Assembly (NCBI GenBank): GCA_020536535.1
Contig: JAHLWZ010000672.1
Coordinates: 62,001-126,000, forward strand
Length of the DNA: 64,000 nucleotides
Source: Pelomyxa schiedti
Lineage: Eukaryota > Protista > Evosea
Direction: 5' to 3'
In this document: positions 1 through 11,396 of the stretch, piece by piece
Layout: the number at the start of each line of letters is the position of its first letter
Position numbering within the stretch: the stretch's first letter is position 1
The notes under the pieces: model-generated
What the model was told of the DNA's origin: nothing
The model's database searches: none
What the model saw: the letters and a program-made list of their open reading frames with translations, nothing else
Made by a program: the position numbers and the translations under genes

Positions 1-1745
1 GGATCCCCATGTCGAAGGCCTCTTGGATTTCCGGGGGGATGGGGCCCGGGTCCGCCCAAAAGTGCAGCTGCTTAGGCTCCAATCGGCTCAGCACCGCGAG
101 CTTCGTGACTTGTTGGGCGGAGGATTTCTTTTCCAGCAGCCACTTGATTACAATCTCGAGGCTTTGGGCGGCCGCGTTGCTGAGCCGCTGTATCGGGGCT
201 TGTTCTTCGGCCTGAAGTACTGGGAGTGAGAAGGGTGCCTTTCTTGGCTCGCGGGGTGGTGGAGGGAATTGGCTGATAAGGATGGCTTTGAGAAGGTGGA
301 TTAGGCGTTCTCCAGCTTTTCCGGCCAAATGAGTCTTTAGGGTTTTTTGAAGGAATTCTTCTAAGTTAGGCACCTGCTTTAAGAGTACCAGTACAAGCTC
401 TTCATTCTTCTCAGTCAAGGGTAGCATTTCTGGGAGATAACATGACTCAATGAACCGGTTCAAGGAGGAACCGCCAAAAACGCGTGCTTCCAACAACTGT
501 GCCACCGCGCTTTTCCTCACTGATGTCGATGCTGCCAAAAGTAACGCTCTAATCATGCACTGCGGGTCGATGGTTCCAAATTGCTGACACATTCCAAATT
601 GGGAGATGTGGTTTTCCATGCCACTTTCCACTTGAGTTGCGTGAATTATAAGTTCTCTTACTCTATTCGCACTGGTTTCCATTGAACGTTTGTTTTGTGG
701 TTTGGATTGATTGAGCTTCTTCATCAAACCAGCAATCACGGACCCAAACTGAGGAAGATCTTTGATTGTGGTGCTGCAGAACTTCAACATCTGGAACAGG
801 AGTCCATTGTAACCTGTACTGTGCCTTGCCAACGCTTGTTCAAACAAGCACTCAACTGAACTTTGACTCAACCTTGCAAACACTTGCTCCACAGAGAAAA
901 GGATTTCCAGGATTTGTGGCGAACCTTCTGCGGCGGCAATCGTGACAGCTTTCACAACGAGTTTTTCTTCAACAGTTCCTCCAGAAATGATTACAGGGAT
1001 GATGAGCAACGGTGCTTGAAGACACTCGCTACTTTCACTTCCAATGTGATTCTCAACGAATTCTAGGATGGTTTTCATATTCCGAGGATCAACAAAACAC
1101 AGCATTGTCAACTTTGAAAGGAGCTGTGTGATGAACTTGGGGGACATAGAGGCGAAGGCGCAAGGGCCCTTCACAGTGAACATTTCCCAAAGTTGCATCA
1201 GAGCAGTAAGAATACGGGCACTGGTGTTGTTGCCCGGTTGTCTTAGGAATTCCACAGCAAGCTTTGAAGCGTGATCGGGCAAAGTGTCCCAGCCATTCAA
1301 CCAACCAAGTAAGTTTAGTGCGGATTCGGATTCCCTTTCAATTCCAGCAACTGCAAGCTCGAATATCTCGCAGACGTCGAGAACCAGCCGCGGCAGGACA
1401 GGAGCCAGGTTGACGCAGCACGTGAGTAGCTCGTCGCACGCGGAGCCAAGCAGCGCCTGGCCCCGCGCGACCGCGGCCAGCTGGGCAGCGAACGGCGCGA
1501 ACAAGTGCTGGCACCCGCGGGCCCACGCCAGCCGCTTCAGCACGGCGGCCGCGGCGGACCTCTCCGTGCGGTCGTCGGGCCTGCCGGCCACGCGGAAGGC
1601 CATGCCCAGCGGGACGGGCCCCAGGCAGCCGCGCACCTCGTCGTTCCATATGTCGAACCCAGAGATCATCTTGCGGAGCGCCTCGTCCATGCACAGCAGC
1701 AGAACCAACTCGTAGTGGTGCCTGGTGCCCCGCGCCTGCGCCTGC

Positions 1746-1800
<55 letters not shown>

Positions 1801-2185
1801 GCCGGCCCTTGCCGCGGCCGCGGGCACGAGAAGGAGGGGCGGGGGTGGGGGCAGGGAGGGGCTCGAGAAGGGCGTCGGGATCGCCGCGGGCCACGCGGGA
1901 GAGCTTGGGGTTGCGGGCGAGAATATCGCCCATGGAGATGTGGGAGCTGACGTCGGCGTGGCGGGCGAATCTGGCGGCCTGCTGCCGGGCCCGCGGCAGG
2001 TGCGAGGGGCAGCAGGCGGCGGGGCGGCCGTCGCACACGCAGTCGGGGGCGCCGGGGCTCGGCTCGAGCTTGTCCAGCTCCTTGGCCCGGAGTGCCACCC
2101 AGTCCACTCCTTTTAGAAACTCATCGACCTCGGCGTCGCTGACAGTGTGGGCAGGCTCTTTTCTTTTCGTCTCCTTGGAAGTCAT
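1..2185 (-). CDS. Intronless hypothetical protein, >728 aa, 3'-partial (runs off the left edge); probably helical; contains a (QA)11 tract
   Basis: ATG at 2185 (MTSKETKRKEPAHTVSDAEVDEFL...). I translated the frame to position 1 without finding a stop. It is absent from the ORF track because it has no stop in the window. No family recognised. Confidence 0.8.
1733..1798 (-). repeat. Hexamer tandem repeat (CAGGCT)8(CAGGCG)3 encoding (Gln-Ala)11
   Basis: On the + strand it reads cgcctg x3 then agcctg x8, in frame within the 1-2185 ORF. Confidence 0.95.
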
Positions 2186-2360
2186 TCACTCACGAGTAGG
2201 TCGTTGGGGTATGGGAGTATTGGTGCCGGGGGCTTGTTGGTGCAGGTTGGTTGGGATGACGAATCACCAATCTGGAAGACTCTCAGTGGATAACTGGTGA
2301 CATTACTCGAAGCATCTTTTTTTTTGTTTGTGTTCGAACTACGCTGTTGATCGAGAGGAG

Positions 2361-3923
2361 ATGGATCAGGTTCGTGTGCTTCGTCTTTTGCTTTCTCTAG
2401 ATGCAGTTGTCGACACGAGTCCCATAATTAGTTCCTCCAAACTGTGAATTACAGCTCTTGCAACGAAGACTGGCGTACTGAGTTAGAGGCACTTCAAATA
2501 AACGAACACGACAGAATTTTGTGCATATGTGGCTCTGGTGATAGAGTCCTTAATTTGCTCCCATCTGTATGGTTTTCGTTTTCTTTTTCCTAGAATAACC
2601 TTGTGTTACTGTAATAAATAGCCACTAATTGCACTTCCCTTGTAGCACCCACAAAGTATTACCCCACTGGATATGAACGCATGCCAGCTTCACTTGTTGC
2701 AACTTAAGGTAATTTCTTTTTTTTACCTCGTGCTTAATTTTCAACAGATGGCTGCCATTCGTGCCCTTGACTATCCAGACTACGCAGCGTTCCTGGGACT
2801 ATTTAACGCTATGGATGATGCAAAAAGGCTCTCTGTTTATATATCACAAATTGCGCCTTTGCTGCCTAAAGCCTCCCACGATTTCTGGGCGGCACACTTG
2901 AACATGATTGCCCAAGGTGTACTTTACAGGTACCCCTCTGCATCTCCAAGTGCATCTTACTGAAGTATTATTAGTGGTCGGTGGGAGTCACATTTCCGCC
3001 GTGCTGGGTCTTGCTTGCAGTGGCTCCGTGGCACAGCAATCAACCAGCTGTTCGCCTGCAAAACTATTGAAGAACAAAGACAATTTGTGGACAACAACTG
3101 GGACCGATGGTGGTTCAGGACAATGATAAGGTTCTTGTTATCTCGACTATTCTCAAAGTGGGTATTTGGGGATCCTGGTTTCTATGCCTTTGCTGATCCT
3201 GAAATGTGGTTAGGTATATCCCCATCCTCCAGTTACTCAAAACTATATAACCCAATATAATTTGCAGTAGCACTAACAGACACTAACTAACAACCAATAT
3301 ATCAAGGCGACTACTGCTATGACTGCATGCTCAATACAATGAAGACCCACTTGGCCAAGGACAACTTCATGCTGTGCCTGATATTTCGCGGAAACTTGGG
3401 CACGGACCTACCGCCGTACCTGAGCCCGGGCGATTTCGACGAAATCAAAGGTTCGCTTGACCGAACCGTTGCGCGCGATTCTGTGAACGGCGATCTGATA
3501 CAGCACCTGTGGTCGTGCGACGCCGGGACTTACACCAAGTTCAGCTTCAGTGACGTGCCAAGCTTCATTGGCCAACAGGCGTTCGAGAGGCTCCTGGGCG
3601 GCATAATTCACGCCGGTGAGGACGGCGCCAGATTCTGCATCAGGCTATTCCTAAGTGGCCAAAGGGTCCCTACTAAGTACACAACCCCAATCACGTCCAC
3701 ATCAGCCTCTGCTACAACAACAACTACGACTGCAGCTGCACAAACCTGTTCCACAGCTGATGGGACTGAAAATACTACAACGACTACCTCTGGGACTGCT
3801 GCTGCTGAGACTCTCGAGGGTTGGTTGGAATTGGACGAGGCATTGGCCGATCACCTGTCTCTGATCGACAGGGCTTTTGCTTACAGATTCTACGTTGGCA
3901 CGATAAGGAAGCCACACTTTTGA
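2361..3923 (+). CDS. btaA: BtaA/DUF3419-family SAM:diacylglycerol 3-amino-3-carboxypropyltransferase (betaine lipid synthesis), stand-alone, multi-exon
   Basis: Spliced N-terminus MDQ|FLQTVNYSSCNEDWRTELEALQINEHDRILCICGSGDRVLNLLPS, then DMNACQLHLLQLK|MAAIRALDY, later KFSFSDVPSF and C-terminal DRAFAYRFYVG. These match DUF3419/BtaA motifs from memory. Confidence 0.8.
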
Positions 3924-4096
3924 AGTGGGACGTGGAACGCCATGGCATCAGTTCCCTGCCTCGAAAAAAAACACAAGAAAAAAAGCGATCTTGATCTGTT
4001 ATTTTTTTTGCGTTTCAAGGGTCATAAAAACTAAAAAAAATAAATAACGTGAGGGGACGTTGCTGTCCGTACAGAGCCGGTTTACCGTAAACGAAA

Positions 4097-7000
4097 ATGT
4101 CGCGACCACGAGGTGAGGATTTAATGTATTGGTTATTGTTTCCCACGCTTGCAACAAACTGACGCCTTACCATTTAGAACCAGTTGAGTTTTGTTTTCTC
4201 TCACTATTGAGCATGGGTTGTTATTTTGAAATAAGCTTACAGTGGTTAAGGTTAAAATCCTCTCACTTGAAGAACAATCTGCACTAGAAGTGAAAAAAAG
4301 AGCTTCCATGCAGCAGGAAACTCTCAGATTGCACCAACAACAACTTTCAATGGTGCGCCCATCCTTTACCCGGTTGGTTGCACTGACTCTTTTCAAAACA
4401 ATAGGTGCAACCACTTGAGCCACAGGAAGGTAAAGAGCAAGCTGCTCTTGAAGAAGTCTCCCTTGAGGTCTGTGACCAGTTGGAACGTATGCCCTCTGAT
4501 GTTTGTGCTGCGTTTTCCAAGTTGCAAACATTTGCCCGAGAGTACGTGGTTGTTCACCATTGTATCATACAAACTACTCCTGCAGGGTGAACTTCCGTAT
4601 TCCCACTCCAGAGGTTGTAGTGGTTGGACCTCAAGGCTATGGAAAATCCTCTCTCCTTGAAGCCTTCTTTGGCCACTCTTTGTTTTTGGGTACAATGTCA
4701 AAGTTGTTACTTGTGTTATTGAACAACCCACAAAAATCAAGCTGAAAAAACCAGCCGAGTGCTGCAGATCAACGTTGTGAATAACCAGGAGTGTGACACG
4801 CCGAAGTGTCTGTTAAAGCGAGACACCCTCTTGAAAGAATATGATGCTGATATCGAGGTCTCAGTAGCTGATCTCCCAGCACAAATTTCTGCCAGAAGCA
4901 AGGTTCAACATTGTCTTAGTGAGTGTTATTAATGAAAGCCATCCTAGGTGGTCAACGAAGAACCAATTGTTCTCCAGTACGAACATAAAAGTCTTCCAAA
5001 TATGACTATTTTTGACACCCCTGGTCTTTTACTTGACCCCAGTGATCCACAATCCAAACAAGTGGAAGAAACTGTGTCCAAGGTGCTTCTATTTTCCTTC
5101 CTTTCCTTGTTTAAATTCCTCCAAGTGGATTCAACCAAACCACCGCTTCATTGTACTTGTGCGCCCCAGCTCTGATGCCACAATTCCAGTAACCTATGAT
5201 TACGTGCTAGATTTCGTTAAATGCAGTGACCCAGAACTCACTCGCACAACAATTGTTTACACCCACTTTTTTGCACAACTACAGGTTTGAAGCCTTTAGG
5301 GTGATTGGTTGTTTAATCTTTTATCAGATGTTTCAAACAACGAAATCAGTCAACAAATATCTTGCTTGTGTCATGCCCGGCATAGAGTCTTTCTTTGTTA
5401 CTCTTCCGCCATCTTCCCTGCTCCATACCATTACCGATCCAGATAGCTTCTCAAAGCTCCTCTTGCAGGCGAACCGCCGTGACCTGCAGTATTTGGAGTC
5501 GTTGCACTTCAATCAACAGTACCTTTCACTCTATCCCGACTGTTATCTTCTCATTTACTAGATACCAACACCACGTTGGTGTCCCAGCGTTCAGCAAACA
5601 TCTGCTGGACCGTATCTGGAAATCATATAACGACAACATTCCAAGTGTTTTAAAACACTTGAAGCAAAAGAAAATCGAGTCGCAGAAGTTGCTTGACCAG
5701 CTTCACTCGGAGATGGATACCTTCAATACTTCGTACTTGCGTGTCCTTGCCACTAACCACATTGTTGATGTATTGAAGGTCGTCTCCTACAGTTTTTATT
5801 CACTCTCGTTTACAACTTTTCAGATTATAGAAAGACTTCTTACTGGAACTGCGGAAGGAAATCCAGGGGTTTGGGGTCAGACACTCGATCAAGAAAAAGC
5901 TGAAAGCAATAGTATTTCCTACCCTTGACAAGGATTTTGTTTTGTTTAGTCCTTCCACAGCGGGAGTCTGGGTTGACTCACAAGGAATCCCTATGACTGT
6001 TGAGGAGAATTGGGATGTTAAATTCCCTCAGAACAAAGTATATGGAGGACAGCAGCTTGAGAGACTTTTCTCGGGTATTTTTTCCCCCTCACTTGTGCAA
6101 CAATGTGACGGTCTCCAGAATTTAAGGCTGTTTCTACTAATTTGAACATTGAATACGTCACCAGTGACGATGTTATCAGTGGCAGTGGTTTGCATAGTAT
6201 ACCCAATAACCTTTGGGCGGTGAGGATAGTTTTTTCTCGTATAGCGGCACTAATTTCATTCAAAGGCCTGCGACTTGGCACGGCAAAAATCGGAAAGCAC
6301 ATTTGCACCTCTCATCGATCATCTCACAGAGCGTGCAACATACATTGTAACCAGACTGTATGACATTGCTGAACAAATAACTCTCAGTCCCAAGAAAAAA
6401 GCAACCAGACCACGGTATCCCTTAGCGGGAGGGAGGGGAAGTATTTTAACGCACTAACCTGCCAACCAGTGCGGCAATTGAACAGTACCCCTATTTCGTG
6501 CATCATTGCAAGGTAATAATGTGTAAATAAAAAGTTCTTGTATCAACTTATTGCAGGACTTGTACACAGAATTCGTAGAATCACAGGCACAAAATTGCAA
6601 ACAAAAATGCTTGGAAGAATTCTACCCCTCTAAGGTTAAAAGTACAACAATGCCTTTTGTTCCACACTAACTTCAATAGACCGTGTACTGGGACTTGACC
6701 GAGTACCTCTTTCGCTCCGTTTTTTTTTCTTTCATTCATTTCGTATATAGGAGTAATAAAGTGGAATCCAATGAAGATGTTGTTGAACTAACGAAATCTC
6801 TGTTTGAGAAGATCAAAGCAAGGATGACCCGCAATATCTTGCTGAAGTTCTTGAATTTCTTCTTCCTTCCCCTTCAGTCAGAGCTATGGACCCAGTTACA
6901 CAGCAAGGCATTCCACTGCATTTATTCCTGCATGCTCTCACTCAACAACAGATCAATGGCCTCCCAGATAAGTCGCTGGAAGATTTATTTGAAGTCGGAG

Positions 7001-7225
7001 CCATGAGGGACAAGATGTTTGAGGAGGAGAGGAAACTGCGTATCACAATTCGGGAGTGCGACGAGAAAGGTACCATCAAAGAACCGTTCCCCATCCTTCG
7101 AATTCCTAACAACGTGAACTTATCCAGAGAGTGTTTTCCTCGAGGCCGCAGTTCAATTCTCTCACCCAACTGAGGAAGAACCGGAAGCAGATGCAGATCC
7201 GGACTCTGCCACGTCTGACTCGTGA
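4097..7225 (+). CDS. Dynamin-like GTPase, DlpA/B/C-DRP5 (ARC5) class, multi-exon
   Basis: PEVVVVGPQGYGKSSLLEAFFG (G1), PIVLQYEHKSLPNMTIFDTPGL (G3), GQTLDQEK and KVYGGQQLERL, typical of the Dlp/DRP5A group. Start is either 4097 (MSRPR) or 4308. Confidence 0.85.
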
Positions 7226-7368
7226 GAGGAAACTCGTTCTCGCCATCAAGAGATAAAACTTTTGTTTTTCTTCGCAGTTGCTAGTTTCTTACTATTACCG
7301 TTTTCGAGGTTTCGGCCTGCCAAAAGTGTTAAAAAAAACACCATCAGAGTTTCTACCGTAGATCTACC

Positions 7369-9468
7369 ATGCAAGCAACACACATGGCCGAGGAGCTCAC
7401 AATGTCGCAAAAGATTGCAGAGTTGTGTCAAGATGTTGCGATCTTACGACATGCACTCAGCGTACACTCCACCATGAACAATACCGACTTTGTGACGTCC
7501 GACACCGTACCACCATCGTCTCTCATCCAGCCAGAGCAGCATCATTCTCAAGATCTGCAGTTCAGTTTGTACACGGCGTCACGTGCCGCGACCGAAATGA
7601 TAGTGTCTCCCGAGAGTTCCAGCTGTGGGACATCTCCATCTCTGTCTGACAGTTCCCGTTCTCCTCACAAACACTGGCCAAACTGCGATGTGGAATTTTA
7701 CGGCACGTATACAGAAAAGCGGAATGCCACTGCGAGGCACCTTCAATTCGAGTCGAGTTCGAAGGAGATTTCAGCACCACCTGCACAGCACCCTGTTGTA
7801 CATTCTGGAACCAAACGGGCCCGTAAATACACTTCACAGTCATTTCTATACTCGGAAGAAACCGCAAAGCAAACTCCAACCGAGTCGCAGCACTCACTCC
7901 CAGCGATAACAACACCAACAACGCACGCAGTTCAAAAAGCACGAAGGTTCAGCCGGAGAGAGCTTTTGCTCATAAAGTCAATACACATTCACAAGAGGCA
8001 GCTTATCATCAAAATGGGGAAGATGCAAACAAAAAAGCAACAAACCCTTCAAGAACTCACAGAAGACCAACATAAAGGCCCTCAAGAAATTGTCCCACCT
8101 TCAAATGAAATTGACGACCAAGGAGCAGCACAACAATCAACGGTTGGCTCTTCAGCAGAATCACCAGCACCTGCCAGCGGCACTCGTGCATTCACCAACA
8201 AGAGAGTGTGGATCTTACAAAACACTGCTGATGACAGTACGTCAGCGCGACCACCTTGCCCCAAACACTTCCGTGCCTCACAGCACTCCCACAACAACTC
8301 CACAGAAGTGCGCAATTTGAAAGACCCAAGCCATGCATATCGTTCCAACAACCATGCTACACCATTTCCCATTGAACAATCTTCATACAGAACCCCACAT
8401 CGCAATGTGTCACGAGTTTTTATAAATGACAGCAAACCTTCCTCATGTTCTTCAAGCTCAAAGCAATCTCGAAAAGCAGCCAAGTAAGTGCTCTATCGTT
8501 TGCTTGCTATCTTTCTCACAGTCACCCAGTGACAGCTTGCGCAAAAGTGTCAGACGCACCAAGAAAGAGTGCTCCTTCTTCAATTTAGGTTTTCACCTTT
8601 CCTCCCATTTCAGAAATAGAAATAACCCTCTGCTTGCAGGCAAATGCACCGCTCCCAACTGCAAGTTTGCACATAACCCCTTGAAAGTGAGAATCTGCAA
8701 GCAGTTCCTTGCCGGCAAAGTGTGTGCTGATCCAGAATGCAAACTGAGGCACGAAGCTGACCCTCACATGATGCCTGCATGCAGCTTTTTCTTGAAAGGG
8801 GTATAGCCTCCCCTTTTTCATATGTTCATTTCCTGACTTTCCTTCCCCTTGAAAGTGTTGTGTGCGGACCAACTGCCCATTTTTACATGTGAAATTGCCT
8901 GTGACTACCCCGGCCTGCGCGGACTTCCTTGCTGGGTTTTGCCCCCGAGGAGCGGATTGTGACCTGCAACATTCTTTCATCTGCGTGGAATGGTTATGCA
9001 CTGGAAGGTTTCCTTTCCCCCCCGCCACTTCAATATTACATGAATTTGTTGTGTCTGTGCATATGTGGCAATTTGCATTTGGGCCTCCCCTTCTAAAGTA
9101 CACTTGAACGCTTCAGAAGGAAGCCAAGCCAATTGCTTCAGAACACCGCCTTCTGTGTGAGGGATGGGGGATTTGCTGACATACTTGTAACACAATGAAT
9201 ATTTCAAATTGGCAGTTGCACACAGCCGGAATGCAAGCTGAGGCACCAATTGCTGTTGTCAAAGCATCCCACGAGCGGAGGAACAGACTCTGAAGCCGAA
9301 GAAAGTGACAAGAACAACTCCACAACTGACCCCTACTCCTTCTCTCCCTCTCCCGTTCCTGAGGCTACAGCCGACGACGAAGCTGACGAGCAAGGTACCT
9401 TGCACACTGGAGTACCACCCTCACCATCACCCTCACCTTATCCATCCCTCCTCTCTCTTTTGGTTTGA
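7369..9468 (+). CDS. Tandem CCCH zinc-finger protein (five fingers), ZC3H3/Red5-like
   Basis: Long disordered first exon, then CSFFNL|GKCTAPNCKFAH, CKQFLAGKVCADPECKLRH, MPACSFFLKG|CCVRTNCPFLH, CADFLAGFCPRGADCDLQH and CVEWLCTG|..CTQPECKLRH. The 3' end is uncertain (9468 or about 9610). Confidence 0.75.
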
Positions 9469-9698
9469 TGTGTTCCGTTTTGTTTTGTTTGTGCTTGTTT
9501 GCCTCCACCTTCCACACTCACCGTACCAACAACAAACACCCGAACCTCCCGAGGGGAATACTGTGGAGTTCCAACAACAAGGAAAAAAATGTTTTTTCGC
9601 CTTTACGTAAAGCAATAAAAAGCAAACTGGTTTTTTTTTTGTAATGGCAAGAATTCTATCCATGGAGGAAAACACTACACACAATCCTCAGAAACTCC

Positions 9699-11129
9699 TC
9701 AAAATTGTTGCGCTCCTTCTGGTTGTGTGGTTGAAGTTGTTGTGGTGGTAGCAGTAGAAGTATTTAGCTCAACTAGAGATGGGATAGTAGCTTGTCTGTT
9801 CCTTTGAAAAGAGTCCAAGAGGATTGAATAAGAGTGCACTAGGATGGAAGTTATTTGTTGCTCTTTGCCGGGTCGAAGGGTAGGGGCACTACCACCAACA
9901 TATGTGGCCAGAACCTTAGTTACAATGAAGCCACGGACTCCGCGTAGAACGTTGCTGATTCTTTCCGCTTCGCACCTCTTTACAGCCTCGTCAATAGTAA
10001 TTCGGATATCTCGAATAACGGAAGGATGAACATAGGGCTCCTCATGATCAATCTTTGTTGGGTCCAGTTGGTCATCATGTGGTCCCGCTGAAGTTGAACT
10101 TGGTGCAGCAGTGGGATGAAGGTCACTGGCACTGCTCGCTGGGGCCATCCTCGAGGCGTGCAAGAGGACTGAAGCCTGCAAGATGATCGACGTTATTTGC
10201 TGCTCATATAGAGGCGGAGGCGTGGCATTGTCCCCCACATATGAGGCCAGAACCTTGGCGATAAAACGACTCCGCACTCCCCGTAGAAGATTGCATATCT
10301 TTTCACCATCACCCCTCACAACAGCGTCGTCTACAGTATTTCTGATGTCAGTAACTATTGAACGTACATAGACCTCTTCAGTGCGATCATCAGCCACTGT
10401 GGCTGGGTTGTTCACTTGTAGAGCATGTGAGTCAGTGGAGCTTGCTATTGGTGCTCCATTGGGAGACGCCACATTGAGTGAAGTAGGGTTCGCCTTTACA
10501 GGAGTTGTTTGATTGTAGGTAGCACCAGGGTTCGACAAATTCACCGCGTTCTGTTGACCATTCCCAACGAGACCACCGCCAAATCCCACCACATTGCCAT
10601 TGTGTTGAGGGTACTTGGCGGGCGCTGTGTGATTGTAGGAGACACCAGGGTGTGGCACCTCACGCCTCTCGTAGCAATACACATTTTCCTTGACACCACC
10701 GTTCCAAACTAGACCACCAGGTGCCACAACATCGTGGTTGTACGGAGGGTATTGGACGTAGGGGGGGTGCTGAGGGTTGCACTGGGAGCGATGCCTATTA
10801 GAGTGACCGCGTGGTTGGGAGTAATTTGTTGTGGCGCTCCTCCCAGAGGCGGGCAGAGGAAGGAGGCCAGAGTGCGGCGGAGGGCGCGAAAACTCTGGAG
10901 AGCGGTTGTAATTCTGTGTTGTATACTGCGGAATTTGTTGTTGGTAACAGGGAGGTGGGCTTAGCTCATTGTGCTGGTTGTGAGTTTGTGTGGTATGCTG
11001 CTGCGGTACTTGTGGTTGGTAATACGGCAGCGGCAGCTGCTGTTGCAGTTGCAGATTGTAAAGTTGAGAGACTTGTTGTGACTGCTGCGTCTGATTTGAC
11101 GGTAATCTGGGATCGTACTGGCTTGCCAT
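9699..11129 (-). CDS. Intronless 476-aa hypothetical protein: Q/N/P/Y-rich N-terminus plus two copies of a ~78-aa helical domain
   Basis: Uninterrupted ATG-to-stop ORF with an obvious internal duplication (DIR.T.D.AV.R...E.I.N.LRGVR....KVLA.YVG..A......EQQITSI). Confidence 0.85.
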   Translation of the reverse strand: MASQYDPRLPSNQTQQSQQVSQLYNLQLQQQLPLPYYQPQVPQQHTTQTHNQHNELSPPPCYQQQIPQYTTQNYNRSPEFSRPPPHSGLLPLPASGRSATTNYSQPRGHSNRHRSQCNPQHPPYVQYPPYNHDVVAPGGLVWNGGVKENVYCYERREVPHPGVSYNHTAPAKYPQHNGNVVGFGGGLVGNGQQNAVNLSNPGATYNQTTPVKANPTSLNVASPNGAPIASSTDSHALQVNNPATVADDRTEEVYVRSIVTDIRNTVDDAVVRGDGEKICNLLRGVRSRFIAKVLASYVGDNATPPPLYEQQITSIILQASVLLHASRMAPASSASDLHPTAAPSSTSAGPHDDQLDPTKIDHEEPYVHPSVIRDIRITIDEAVKRCEAERISNVLRGVRGFIVTKVLATYVGGSAPTLRPGKEQQITSILVHSYSILLDSFQRNRQATIPSLVELNTSTATTTTTSTTQPEGAQQF

Positions 11130-11396
11130 TTGTAGGTTGTTATGGATCTAGTATGTAGTAGTGCTGTTTGTAGTGGAGTGCAAGGGGTTGTTTTGATTTT
11201 GTATAATATGAAGGAGGTCCGCTGGTCCGTTTTATAAAGAACACAAAAAAAAAAAAAAAACCGCGCGTTACATCACAAGAGTGAAACCCCGGCGCCACAA
11301 GTTTCTATTTCGCTTAGCGGTCCAGAGACCCAGACAGAAATTTTCCATGACACCCAACCGCCGTTGGAGTGGCACGTGGTGAACAAGAAAAACCAG

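Noticed and set aside
1284-2300. Overlapping ORFs of 140-230 aa in the ORF track
   Set aside because: They are antisense or alternate-frame shadows of the GC-rich minus-strand gene. The same applies to ORFs at 24332-25369, 32672-33766 and 36019-36875.
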